From: a virus
Virus record (IMG/VR): IMGVR_UViG_3300026484_000436
Coordinates: 1-64,000 of that record
Reading direction: 5' to 3' (one strand)
Length of the DNA stretch: 64,000 bases
Part shown: positions 8,662 through 17,154 of the stretch, piece after piece
How positions within the stretch are numbered: the first letter of the stretch is position 1
How the letters are laid out: the number at the start of each line of letters is the position of its first letter
Translations under genes and position numbers: made by a program
Notes under the pieces: model-generated
What the model was told of the DNA's origin: nothing
The model's input: the letters and a program-made list of their open reading frames with translations, nothing else
Database searches by the model: none

Positions 8662-9231
8662 TTACCAATTGCCAGATGCCTTACCTTTATCTTCAAAATA
8701 AGAGAAATCAGCATTAAAAGTGTATTGTAATGGAGCAACTTCTTGACCCAATTCCATCGAATAAGTCATTGTTAAAAGACAATTATCAAATGTCCAAGTT
8801 CTCCAAACAGTACTCCCATCATTGTCATAAAGGTTCACTACAACTTTAAATCTTGTTTGTTTTTTTGCTTCTCTTATTCCGTCTGCTGCACTTGCTTCTC
8901 CACCAATCATATATGTTTTCATCAATTTTCTATAAAATTCTGTAATCTTACCATTTTCATCTTCGAAAACAGTCCAAGTAAGTGTCCCATTTTTTGATAT
9001 TTTTCCTGGGAATGTAAAATGATACCCCATAACATCAATTTCAACTTTTTCCATTTCAATTTCGCCTGGAATCCCACTTACTGTATCTGTAACAAATTTT
9101 ATTTTATCAGAAATATCTTTGGGGTCTATTGCCCCATCTTCTTTCGAAATTTCAATTTCCCAAAATTGACTTGTTTTAACTACACCAACATTATCCTTAA
9201 CTTTGTTATATTTTCTAACTTCTAATGCCAT
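8662..9231 (-). CDS. gp19: tail tube protein (gp19-like)
   Basis: after the sheath; FPGKISKNGTLTWTVFEDENG, WTFDNC, YTFNADFSYF. Confidence 0.85.
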   Translation of the reverse strand: MALEVRKYNKVKDNVGVVKTSQFWEIEISKEDGAIDPKDISDKIKFVTDTVSGIPGEIEMEKVEIDVMGYHFTFPGKISKNGTLTWTVFEDENGKITEFYRKLMKTYMIGGEASAADGIREAKKQTRFKVVVNLYDNDGSTVWRTWTFDNCLLTMTYSMELGQEVAPLQYTFNADFSYFEDKGKASGNW

Positions 9232-9250
9232 TTATTTTCCTTTATAAAGT

Positions 9251-9273
9251 CAATTACGGTTAAACCGTAATTG
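9251..9273 (-). terminator. hairpin over the sheath stop codon (CAATTACGGT-3-ACCGTAATTG)
   Basis: perfect 10-bp inverted repeat; weak U tail. Confidence 0.5.
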
Positions 9274-11872
9274 CTAAACTTTTATTGAATACTGCTAGAG
9301 TAACTTTTATCTCATTGATATCCATAGTAGGTTGAATTCCTAAGAAAACAGGCAATTTTCTATTGTCAATATCAAAATCAGTAGGACTAACTACACATTT
9401 GAAATCATAAACTCCGCCTTTTGCTTTTATAGAATTACCCATAAAACTATCGATAGTTGTTTTAATTCTATTCCAAGTTTCAGGATTATTATAATTAAAC
9501 AACTCATATTTTAAGTAACTTTCTAAACCATATCTAATTGCCATTAACAAGAATGCTACACTTCTAAGTTGTAACGGCGACGGTTTCGCATACATTGTTC
9601 TGTTACCCCAAATAATTAAACCTTGACCTTGTTTATAAATTATTGGATTGATTCTATTATCTACAACCACATCAAGTTCCCCATCGCTGAATTGGTGTTT
9701 AATTTCAAGTCCTAAAACTTTACCTCTAACTAAACCTGCTGCTGGTGTGAATAAACTATAATTTCTATGAACGAAGTTTTGACTAATCGCTCCATAAGTT
9801 GAAGGTGCCGTCCATACATATTCTTTATTATAAGGACAATACTGTTTTACCCAACCTGTAAATAATGAACCTAAATGAGTGTTTAACATCAATTTGTTCG
9901 CATAGTCACCTGTCGCTTTTAATGCATCTGCACTTTCTTCAGCACTTGGGTCCATACTCCAATAACAATGTGTATTATTTTCACCTTGAGCATTCGCAAC
10001 TCTTAACATTTCTTGAGCATATGCTGGAATTGTATAACCACCATCTAACAATAATTGAACTGGTGTTTCAGTGTTATTACTTAACTTTCTTAATGCCATA
10101 ATCATATCTGCCAAACTTACAGGACTTCCGTCATCTGCCTTTTCCATATAATTTACACCTGCATCTAAAACTTTACCATTTGATGTCCCAATAGCAACAT
10201 AATCTCCGATATGTTCTCCTGTTAAAGGATAACTTAAAATTGTGTAAGGGTAGTATTGATAACCTTCCACGATATGTTTATCAACATCTGTTAAATCTTT
10301 TTGCCATTTATAAACAATCCAACCTTTTTCGTTAGCATCGTCATAATTGTAATCTCTTTGAATAGATCTGTCTAAGAATAATTGTTTATTATCTCTATCA
10401 ATATCTTCAATAGTATATAATTCATATAAATCTGTTCCATAAATTACATCTCTTGATTCATAATTGGGTGCAAATTTAATAGTATCCCCAATATCTAAAC
10501 CATCTGTATCATTTAGGAAAATTTCAATATCCCCAACGAATAAATCTTCTTTTGATTCAAGTTTTACCCCATCATCATTTTTCGCTGGATAAAAAATCAT
10601 ATCTTTATTTTTTCTCCAAATTGAATAATTCGTAGGTTTTGGATTTAACACTTCCCCATTGATTGTTTTTGCGAAAATGTTATCTTTAACTTGAATGAAT
10701 TCAGAAAACCCATTAACAACTGTTTCGATATATAATTTTTTCCCAAATCCATCTATGAATTCTCTATCCTTTGAAACTAACCATCTTTCAACTTCTTCGC
10801 CATTTTCATAAACAACAAGGTAAAATGCTTTCATATCAGGATAATCTTTTGATTTTTCTATACCAATTTCAAGAGAATCATTCCATTTACCTGGATTTAC
10901 ACCAGTTACCATAAATGAATACATCTGTTCCCAAATTGAAACTTTTGTTATTTTATAAATCGTGTCTGAACTTGAAACTGTTACAGGTTGTTTTGTATGA
11001 ACGAAATATAAATCTATTTGGTCTCTAATTTTTTGAATTGCTGTATCATCAGTTTCTTCGTCGTTTTCATCAAGTACAACGATTTCGTCTCCGTCGTGAA
11101 ATTCATCTGCATTATCAACTATAATGAATGGTGCTTCATCTCCGTCTATCAATACGATTGCTGTAGCATCATTTGCTTTATTTTTAACCTTAGTCCCTTT
11201 TTTAACAGTTAAAGTTGTTTGATTTCCATCACTATCTTCATCAAGAATAATTCTATCAAATTTGTGTGTTCCAGGTTTAACATCTAAAACTTCAACTATT
11301 TTAAAACCTTCGCCATCAACATCATAATCTGTAATTTCGGCATAATCATCTTTACTTGAAATAACGATTTTTTGACCTGCTGCGATATTTTTAGGTGCCC
11401 CATTTAAAACAAATTCATAAGAATTTATTGAAGTTGCCCCAGGTTTATCAAGTTCTTTTTCAACTTGAATAATTTTTTCTTTTTGAATGAAATTATAACT
11501 ATCCAATTCGTCTTGTGTCAATCCTTTTTCAAAAGGTTCCACTATTTTTTTAACATCGTCGTCATAATCAGGACCCATATTAAAGTTACCACCTCTAACA
11601 AGAACACCACCATATTTAACATCGTCTGCTGCTGCTCTAACTGTCCACACTTTATCCGTAGATTTTAAAATATGAATAGCACTTTGATTTTCAGGGTATC
11701 TTAAATCAGGTGTCCCATAAACATTGATATATTGACCTTCAGAAGTCATAAGTCTTGGCATATTCACAGGCCCTTTTTTGCTTCTCACTACAATACCAGC
11801 AAAAATACCTGATAATCCTTGGATTACGGCACTTCTATCTTGTGTAGCAAATACAACTTTTGCTGCTCCCAT
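9260..11872 (-). CDS. gp18: tail sheath protein (gp18-like), 870 aa with inserted domains
   Basis: KKGPVNMPRLMTS, NPGKWNDSL, PAAGLVRGKV, RINPII, IWGNRT, LFNYNNPETW. Confidence 0.93.
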   Translation of the reverse strand: MGAAKVVFATQDRSAVIQGLSGIFAGIVVRSKKGPVNMPRLMTSEGQYINVYGTPDLRYPENQSAIHILKSTDKVWTVRAAADDVKYGGVLVRGGNFNMGPDYDDDVKKIVEPFEKGLTQDELDSYNFIQKEKIIQVEKELDKPGATSINSYEFVLNGAPKNIAAGQKIVISSKDDYAEITDYDVDGEGFKIVEVLDVKPGTHKFDRIILDEDSDGNQTTLTVKKGTKVKNKANDATAIVLIDGDEAPFIIVDNADEFHDGDEIVVLDENDEETDDTAIQKIRDQIDLYFVHTKQPVTVSSSDTIYKITKVSIWEQMYSFMVTGVNPGKWNDSLEIGIEKSKDYPDMKAFYLVVYENGEEVERWLVSKDREFIDGFGKKLYIETVVNGFSEFIQVKDNIFAKTINGEVLNPKPTNYSIWRKNKDMIFYPAKNDDGVKLESKEDLFVGDIEIFLNDTDGLDIGDTIKFAPNYESRDVIYGTDLYELYTIEDIDRDNKQLFLDRSIQRDYNYDDANEKGWIVYKWQKDLTDVDKHIVEGYQYYPYTILSYPLTGEHIGDYVAIGTSNGKVLDAGVNYMEKADDGSPVSLADMIMALRKLSNNTETPVQLLLDGGYTIPAYAQEMLRVANAQGENNTHCYWSMDPSAEESADALKATGDYANKLMLNTHLGSLFTGWVKQYCPYNKEYVWTAPSTYGAISQNFVHRNYSLFTPAAGLVRGKVLGLEIKHQFSDGELDVVVDNRINPIIYKQGQGLIIWGNRTMYAKPSPLQLRSVAFLLMAIRYGLESYLKYELFNYNNPETWNRIKTTIDSFMGNSIKAKGGVYDFKCVVSPTDFDIDNRKLPVFLGIQPTMDINEIKVTLAVFNKSLAITV

Positions 11873-11895
11873 TTAATTTCCTTTATCTTTATTTT

Positions 11896-12084
11896 TTAAC
11901 CTAAAACATTCATTTGAGCACCTTTTGGTAACTCTTGTGAAATTTTGATTATTTGACTCTCATCTACATCTAAAACAATTTTTTCGTTGATACCTATTAA
12001 GAATATATCTTTATGGGCATTTTGTCCTTTTGTATCCACGATAAATTGTCTTTCACTTCCATTGTAAATTTCAATTTTGACCAT
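11896..12084 (-). CDS. small hypothetical virion protein
   Basis: RBS and TTAAATA motif upstream; directly precedes the sheath. Confidence 0.55.
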   Translation of the reverse strand: MVKIEIYNGSERQFIVDTKGQNAHKDIFLIGINEKIVLDVDESQIIKISQELPKGAQMNVLG

Positions 12085-12104
12085 TTATACTTTCCTTTTT
12101 ATAT

Positions 12105-12890
12105 TTAAGTATTTATATTATTTAAACTCTTGCAACTCTCTTCCATAATAAGTCGAGTGTCTTGATTCACATTACATACCTCACGGCACGCTAATGTAGA
12201 TTCATTATATTGTCTTATGTCTTTTAAATCCATTGATTTATTAAAAACATTAACTTTTAAATCTACAACTTCAATTTTATTATTTCCTAATTCATAAAAA
12301 GGACTAAAAAATACCCCATCAATTTTTACCGAAAATTCAATGAGTGTCATACTACCATAAGAAGCAATATCAATATATTCTATAGAATCTATGTTCCCGT
12401 ATAGTGTATTATAGTTTATTGGAACAATGATTTTATCATCTATAATATAATCTATTTCAATAGGTGGATTTACACCACTAAATTCTATGTTAAAAAGTAA
12501 TTCAATTAAGTATATAATTTTGCTTTCAGAAGCAAAAAGTTGAAAAGTAAAATTTGATTCCCCATAAAAAATTTGTCTTAATGTTATTTCATCATCAACT
12601 TCTATATATTGTGTCCTTACAGGAGAACTCCAATTGTGTCCTTTTTCTTCAGATTTAATAATTGGGTCTCTTTTCCAAACACATAAACTTATATTATCAT
12701 TATATTCCCCTATAAGTTCTTTTATGGCATCCGTTGTTTTTGTATTATTTATTTTTGAAATTCTATCTTTTCTAAATTCTTCAATAAAATCCATAGAAGG
12801 ACTATATTTGAAAGGTATATCTAGACCCATTTTTTCAAGGAATAAAGTTTTAAAATAATTTATTACACCTGCTTCAAATTCTTGTGTCAT
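12105..12890 (-). CDS. putative tail terminator / sheath stabiliser (gp15-like position)
   Basis: synteny between neck and sheath; beta-rich; not motif-confirmed. Confidence 0.45.
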   Translation of the reverse strand: MTQEFEAGVINYFKTLFLEKMGLDIPFKYSPSMDFIEEFRKDRISKINNTKTTDAIKELIGEYNDNISLCVWKRDPIIKSEEKGHNWSSPVRTQYIEVDDEITLRQIFYGESNFTFQLFASESKIIYLIELLFNIEFSGVNPPIEIDYIIDDKIIVPINYNTLYGNIDSIEYIDIASYGSMTLIEFSVKIDGVFFSPFYELGNNKIEVVDLKVNVFNKSMDLKDIRQYNESTLACREVCNVNQDTRLIMEESCKSLNNINT

Positions 12891-12919
12891 ATCTATCCTT
12901 ATTTTATAACTTATTTAAT

Positions 12920-13543
12920 TTATAATAAATCAATCGCTTTACTCCATCCTGTATCCCCACCGGATTTTAAGTCTTCCATTACCTTATCAAACATTTCTCT
13001 ACCTTCATCTCTCAAATCCGTTATGTCAAATGGTAATTCTGATAAAGCAAAATCGTTTCTATTATGACCGATATAAATATAAGCAAGTGCAGTAATTAAA
13101 TCTAAAAATAAAATATCATCGTAGTTAATATCTTCAAGTATAGGATTACATAAAAATTCTACATAATAAGTGGCACTGGCATCAAAATTTGCGAATGAAG
13201 TATTGAGTAATTTTCTTGATTTGTCAAATTCCCACCTCCACATCACTTTTAACTCATCACGAATGTCTGCTGGATAAGTTCTATAATTACCATAAAAAAT
13301 TCCTGAGATATTTTGTATTGTTCTTGATAAACCAACCTCATCTACGATAGTATTAAATTTCATATACTTTGAAGAAATTAAAACAGGAACTAAAATTGAA
13401 ACAGGATTATATTTTCCATAAATACCAAATGCTCTTCTTAATAACCCATCAAGAATAGGTTCTTTGATTTCAAAATTTTCTAAACCCACAAAATACTGAT
13501 TTGTATTGACTAATATATAATCCATTAACTCCGTTTTTGTCAT
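12920..13543 (-). CDS. neck / head-completion protein (gp13-like)
   Basis: MTKTELMDYIL N-terminus and DLRDEGREMFDKVMEDL C-terminal helix resemble gp13-like adaptors. Confidence 0.6.
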   Translation of the reverse strand: MTKTELMDYILVNTNQYFVGLENFEIKEPILDGLLRRAFGIYGKYNPVSILVPVLISSKYMKFNTIVDEVGLSRTIQNISGIFYGNYRTYPADIRDELKVMWRWEFDKSRKLLNTSFANFDASATYYVEFLCNPILEDINYDDILFLDLITALAYIYIGHNRNDFALSELPFDITDLRDEGREMFDKVMEDLKSGGDTGWSKAIDLL

Positions 13544-13565
13544 GTGTATCCTTTTTTAATTAAAA

Positions 13566-13595
13566 CAAAAGGAGAAAACTTAAATAAGTTTCCCT
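13566..13595 (-). terminator. probable intrinsic terminator overlapping the scaffold-gene stop
   Basis: GGGAAACTT-attt-AAGTTTTCT followed by CCTTTTG. Confidence 0.45.
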
Positions 13596-14530
13596 GCTAA
13601 TGTCCCTGTTTTATTTTCAACGATAGAACCCTGTCCTTCATCTTCTAAAAGTTTTTCTGCTAAACTTTTTTGAGTGTCGCTTTCATTAGTTGCTTCTTCA
13701 ACTTTTACTTCTTCAACTTTTTCTTCAACTTTTTTAGAAATCGAAGTTTTACCACCCATAAGTTTTTCTGCTAAACTTGTTCTTTTTGCTTCTGCTGAAC
13801 CATCTTTTTCTTCAATTTTTGAATCAGTTCCATTTAAGTTTTCTTTGATTCTTTCAATCATTTTTTCTTCAACTAATGGCATTTCACTTTCTTTAATGAT
13901 GAAAAATTCTTCTTTATTTTTGATTGCCTCTGTCAATTCAGCGAATTTTTCTTCACCTAATGATTCTTCAAGTTTAGTATCAAACGCTTCAACCATTTTG
14001 TTTTCTACTTCTTTAATTTGCGATTCTTTAATAACAAAATATTCTTCTCCATTTTCAACTGCTTCTTTAATAATTGAAAATTTCGCACCAAATTTTTCTT
14101 CAAGTTTAGAATTAAACTCTTCAACCATTTTGTTTTCTACTTCTTCAAGTTGTGATTCTTTAATAACATATGCTTTTTCTTTTGATTCTAATAATTTTGA
14201 AACTTCCGCCTCTGCCATATTAAATTTTTCTTTTAAAATTTCAATTTGAGTTTCACTATATTTTTCTAATAGTTTATTTTCAACTGATTCAATTTGAGAT
14301 TCTTTAATTACGAATGCTGTTTCAATTTCGCTCTCATCAAGTCCTAATTTATCAAGTAATTCCAATTTTGCTTTTTTAATTTCATTTTCAATAATTGTTT
14401 TAAATTCTTCTTCTTTTAAAACAACATTTTCCATTAAAATACTCTCGAATGCCTGAGCATATGCTTCTTTTTGGATTGAAGCAATTTTTTCTTCAATCTT
14501 TTTGCTTTCTCTTAAATCTTTGATTGCCAT
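13580..14530 (-). CDS. prohead core / scaffold-like acidic protein with internal repeats
   Basis: four (F/Y)(V/I)IKES(Q/E)..VE.K(M/L) repeats, many I/L-x-E protease sites, three SLAEKL-like motifs. Confidence 0.65.
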   Translation of the reverse strand: MAIKDLRESKKIEEKIASIQKEAYAQAFESILMENVVLKEEEFKTIIENEIKKAKLELLDKLGLDESEIETAFVIKESQIESVENKLLEKYSETQIEILKEKFNMAEAEVSKLLESKEKAYVIKESQLEEVENKMVEEFNSKLEEKFGAKFSIIKEAVENGEEYFVIKESQIKEVENKMVEAFDTKLEESLGEEKFAELTEAIKNKEEFFIIKESEMPLVEEKMIERIKENLNGTDSKIEEKDGSAEAKRTSLAEKLMGGKTSISKKVEEKVEEVKVEEATNESDTQKSLAEKLLEDEGQGSIVENKTGTLAGKLI

Positions 14531-14534
14531 TATT

Positions 14535-15140
14535 TTATCCTTTAAATCTTATTGTTATAACTTCATTTGTAACCTCAACATCACAATTTGCGAAAATAGT
14601 ATTATCATTATTTTTAATAAAATCTAAAATATCTTCGCTAAATGGAACTTCAACTGTATTATCAGCAACTATACTAATTTCAACTGCCCCGTTTGTTTGT
14701 TTGTCAAGTAAAGCAGCAATGCTTTCTATATCATCAAGTGTATCATTACTCGCTCCATCAGTTGGAACAGATCCTAAATCATCTGCACTCCCGTCTGCAT
14801 CTTCTGTAACACTACTATCCACATCTACTAAAAAAATATCTTGTAGTAATAATGCCCATTCGTCAATAACAACTAATTCACCTAACTTATAAAATGGTGC
14901 TAAAAGCATTTTTAATTTTTGTGAATTGTAGTTTTTACTTCTAACGATTGTCCCATTTTCGACAACTTCTAAATCTGTAGGTTTAACACCAAATTTTGAT
15001 AATAGAACTTTTATTTCTTCTACATCAACATCGGCAGCGCCATCTGCTCTTTTAATAATTAACCCTTCAGGTATTTCTTTTAAAATTAATGAAGTATCTG
15101 CTTCAATAAGTTTTTTAATATCATTAAAATTTAATTTCAT
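14535..15140 (-). CDS. acidic hypothetical head protein
   Basis: in the head operon; carries ADGSADDLGSVP, matching the capsid protein's ANGSADDLGVLP. Confidence 0.55.
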   Translation of the reverse strand: MKLNFNDIKKLIEADTSLILKEIPEGLIIKRADGAADVDVEEIKVLLSKFGVKPTDLEVVENGTIVRSKNYNSQKLKMLLAPFYKLGELVVIDEWALLLQDIFLVDVDSSVTEDADGSADDLGSVPTDGASNDTLDDIESIAALLDKQTNGAVEISIVADNTVEVPFSEDILDFIKNNDNTIFANCDVEVTNEVITIRFKG

Positions 15141-15496
15141 TCTGTTTCCTTTTTAGGTTTTCTACCCCTTCTTTTAGGTTGAGGTTTTTTAGTTTCTTGT
15201 ATGTTTTCTTCTTTAACAACTTCTGTTTCTTGTATGTTTTCTTCTTTAACAGGTTTCACTTCTTCAATTTTTGCTTCTTTTTCTTCAAAAATTGTTTTAA
15301 CTTGTTTTTCTTTTTTAACAGGTTGAGTTTTCTTAGTTTCAACTTCATTAGTCGATAATTGTTTGATTTCCGATGGGATAAATTTAACTAATTTTTCATC
15401 TATTTGAACCTGACTTAAAGGTTGAATTTGTAGATGTGTATAATCTTTTTTAAGAACACTAATAATTTTTTTAGTTTCATTTTTTAAAATTATCAT
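15137..15496 (-). CDS. hypothetical protein with low-complexity K/E tail and basic C-terminus (PKRRGRKPKK)
   Basis: directly after the major capsid gene; 27-bp tandem duplication at 15192-15251 encoding VKEENIQET twice. Confidence 0.55.
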   Translation of the reverse strand: MIILKNETKKIISVLKKDYTHLQIQPLSQVQIDEKLVKFIPSEIKQLSTNEVETKKTQPVKKEKQVKTIFEEKEAKIEEVKPVKEENIQETEVVKEENIQETKKPQPKRRGRKPKKETE

Positions 15497-15569
15497 TTTT
15501 TTCCTTTATTAACTTTTACTATTATTTAAAAAAATTTTTATTTTCTCGTTTATAATGTTTTCATGTGAT

Positions 15570-15585
15570 GTTCCCGAAGGGGAAC
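15570..15585 (-). terminator. GC-rich hairpin downstream of the major capsid gene
   Basis: GTTCCC-CTTC-GGGAAC, containing CUUCGG; no clear U-tract, so possibly a stabiliser. Confidence 0.45.
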
Positions 15586-15601
15586 TTAAAAGTTTTTTTA
15601 A

Positions 15602-17008
15602 TTAAATGTTAGCATTTAAAATTTTAACTTTTGTACTTAAATTAGGCATAACTGATTTAATACCAACCATTGCTGCCGCTGCTTTTTGTGATTTTAGTGG
15701 GTTGTGGTCTTGCCCATTAAATGTATCTGTTACAAATAAAGGCATATACGGTGAATAAACAACAGATGCAGTAAATACATCGTCACCTTTACTAACTAAA
15801 ATCATTTCATCGTTTGGCATTACAATACTTCTGATGATTGGTCTTCCATCAAGTGTTCCATAAAAATGAGTACCTAATGCTGCTTTAACATCAGTCGCAG
15901 GAACAAATCCAGGTAACGCTCTTAAAAGTCCAGCAACAGTTGTACCAACTACATAAACAATTTCTCCACCTAATCTACCACTTTGTTCTAAAATAGTATT
16001 TTCTGCTTGAGCAATTTTAGCACTAAAACTTAAAAGGTGTTCCATATATGAAACTCCATCAGGTGCTTGTTTGTCCCACTCTAATGTTCCAGGAGTGTGT
16101 AAATATAACTCTCTAATTACATTTGTAGATAAGTTAGTAGTTAATTCTGTAACTAAATCTTTTGCTAAAACTTCTTCAGCATTGATATTGAATCTTCTAC
16201 TCATTTCATAAGATTTGAATAATCCGATTTCTGTTCTTAAACCATAAGTTCTTGCTGTAATTTCAGTTGAATCAAATTCAGTTTGAACTGTTTGTAATTC
16301 ATTTAAATCTTCTAAGTTTGTCGCATAAGTTGTTTTAATCGCAACTCCGTCTCCAGGTGCTGTATCAAATGAAACTTTTACTTCTCCATTTGCATAATCA
16401 ACCGAACCTTTACCACCTACACCGATTAAATTTCCTTGCCCATCATCTACAAGTTTTGTATCCGGTTGGTCGTCAACTGTTACTAAAATTGTTCTAACTC
16501 TCGCTGGAGCATATTTGATAACATAAGTAAAATCTGTAGCCTTTCCGTCACCTTTTGCATCTACTTCATTGTTAATCATTTCACCTGCGAAGTCTTCTGC
16601 TAAACCAACTCTACCTTCTTGTGCTGATAACATTGCTTGTCCGTTGTTAATGTTACCTCTTGTAGTTTTTGATATTACATTTTTGAACCACACAAGACCT
16701 TTTCTTTCGTTAATCGGTTGAACGCTCGCAACTAATGGAACAACTGAACTTGTCGCTGAAGCAGCAATAACATCTAAACCGATTTTTGGTAAAACACCTA
16801 AATCATCTGCTGAACCATTTGCTTCTTTAAAATTTTTCCAATTTTCGAATTGTGCTAATTGAGCACCTAATGCTGCTAAATCGAAATCTGAAATTGCATT
16901 TCCTGCTTTCGATTTTACTGATTTCGCCTCGAATAAATCGAAATACTCTTGATATTTTTTTTCGTATTCACTTAAATTTTTAAGTGCTGATTCTGTCATA
17001 CTGAACAT
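15602..17008 (-). CDS. gp23: major capsid protein (gp23-like)
   Basis: ASVQPINERKGLVW, ITARTYGL, AEEVLAKDLVTEL, GTLDGRPII, VYSPYMPL; predicted maturation cut after FKE62. Confidence 0.93.
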   Translation of the reverse strand: MFSMTESALKNLSEYEKKYQEYFDLFEAKSVKSKAGNAISDFDLAALGAQLAQFENWKNFKEANGSADDLGVLPKIGLDVIAASATSSVVPLVASVQPINERKGLVWFKNVISKTTRGNINNGQAMLSAQEGRVGLAEDFAGEMINNEVDAKGDGKATDFTYVIKYAPARVRTILVTVDDQPDTKLVDDGQGNLIGVGGKGSVDYANGEVKVSFDTAPGDGVAIKTTYATNLEDLNELQTVQTEFDSTEITARTYGLRTEIGLFKSYEMSRRFNINAEEVLAKDLVTELTTNLSTNVIRELYLHTPGTLEWDKQAPDGVSYMEHLLSFSAKIAQAENTILEQSGRLGGEIVYVVGTTVAGLLRALPGFVPATDVKAALGTHFYGTLDGRPIIRSIVMPNDEMILVSKGDDVFTASVVYSPYMPLFVTDTFNGQDHNPLKSQKAAAAMVGIKSVMPNLSTKVKILNANI

Positions 17009-17074
17009 AATTTAATTCCTTTTATAAAAATTTTTGGGTTTAGTTTTTAAAATAGTTTTGTTTTTTTGTAAGCA

Positions 17075-17152
17075 TTTTGTGCTACCTACATTAAACACAT
17101 CAAACAATTTTAATTTAATTGTCTCAAATGTTTAATGTAGGTTCGCACAAAA
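17075..17152 (-). other. long imperfect RNA stem-loop in the major capsid leader
   Basis: arms TTTTGTGC.ACCTACATTAAACA and TGTTTAATGTAGGT.GCACAAAA, extended by inner pairs including G-U on the coding strand. Confidence 0.7.
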
Positions 17153-17154
17153 AA

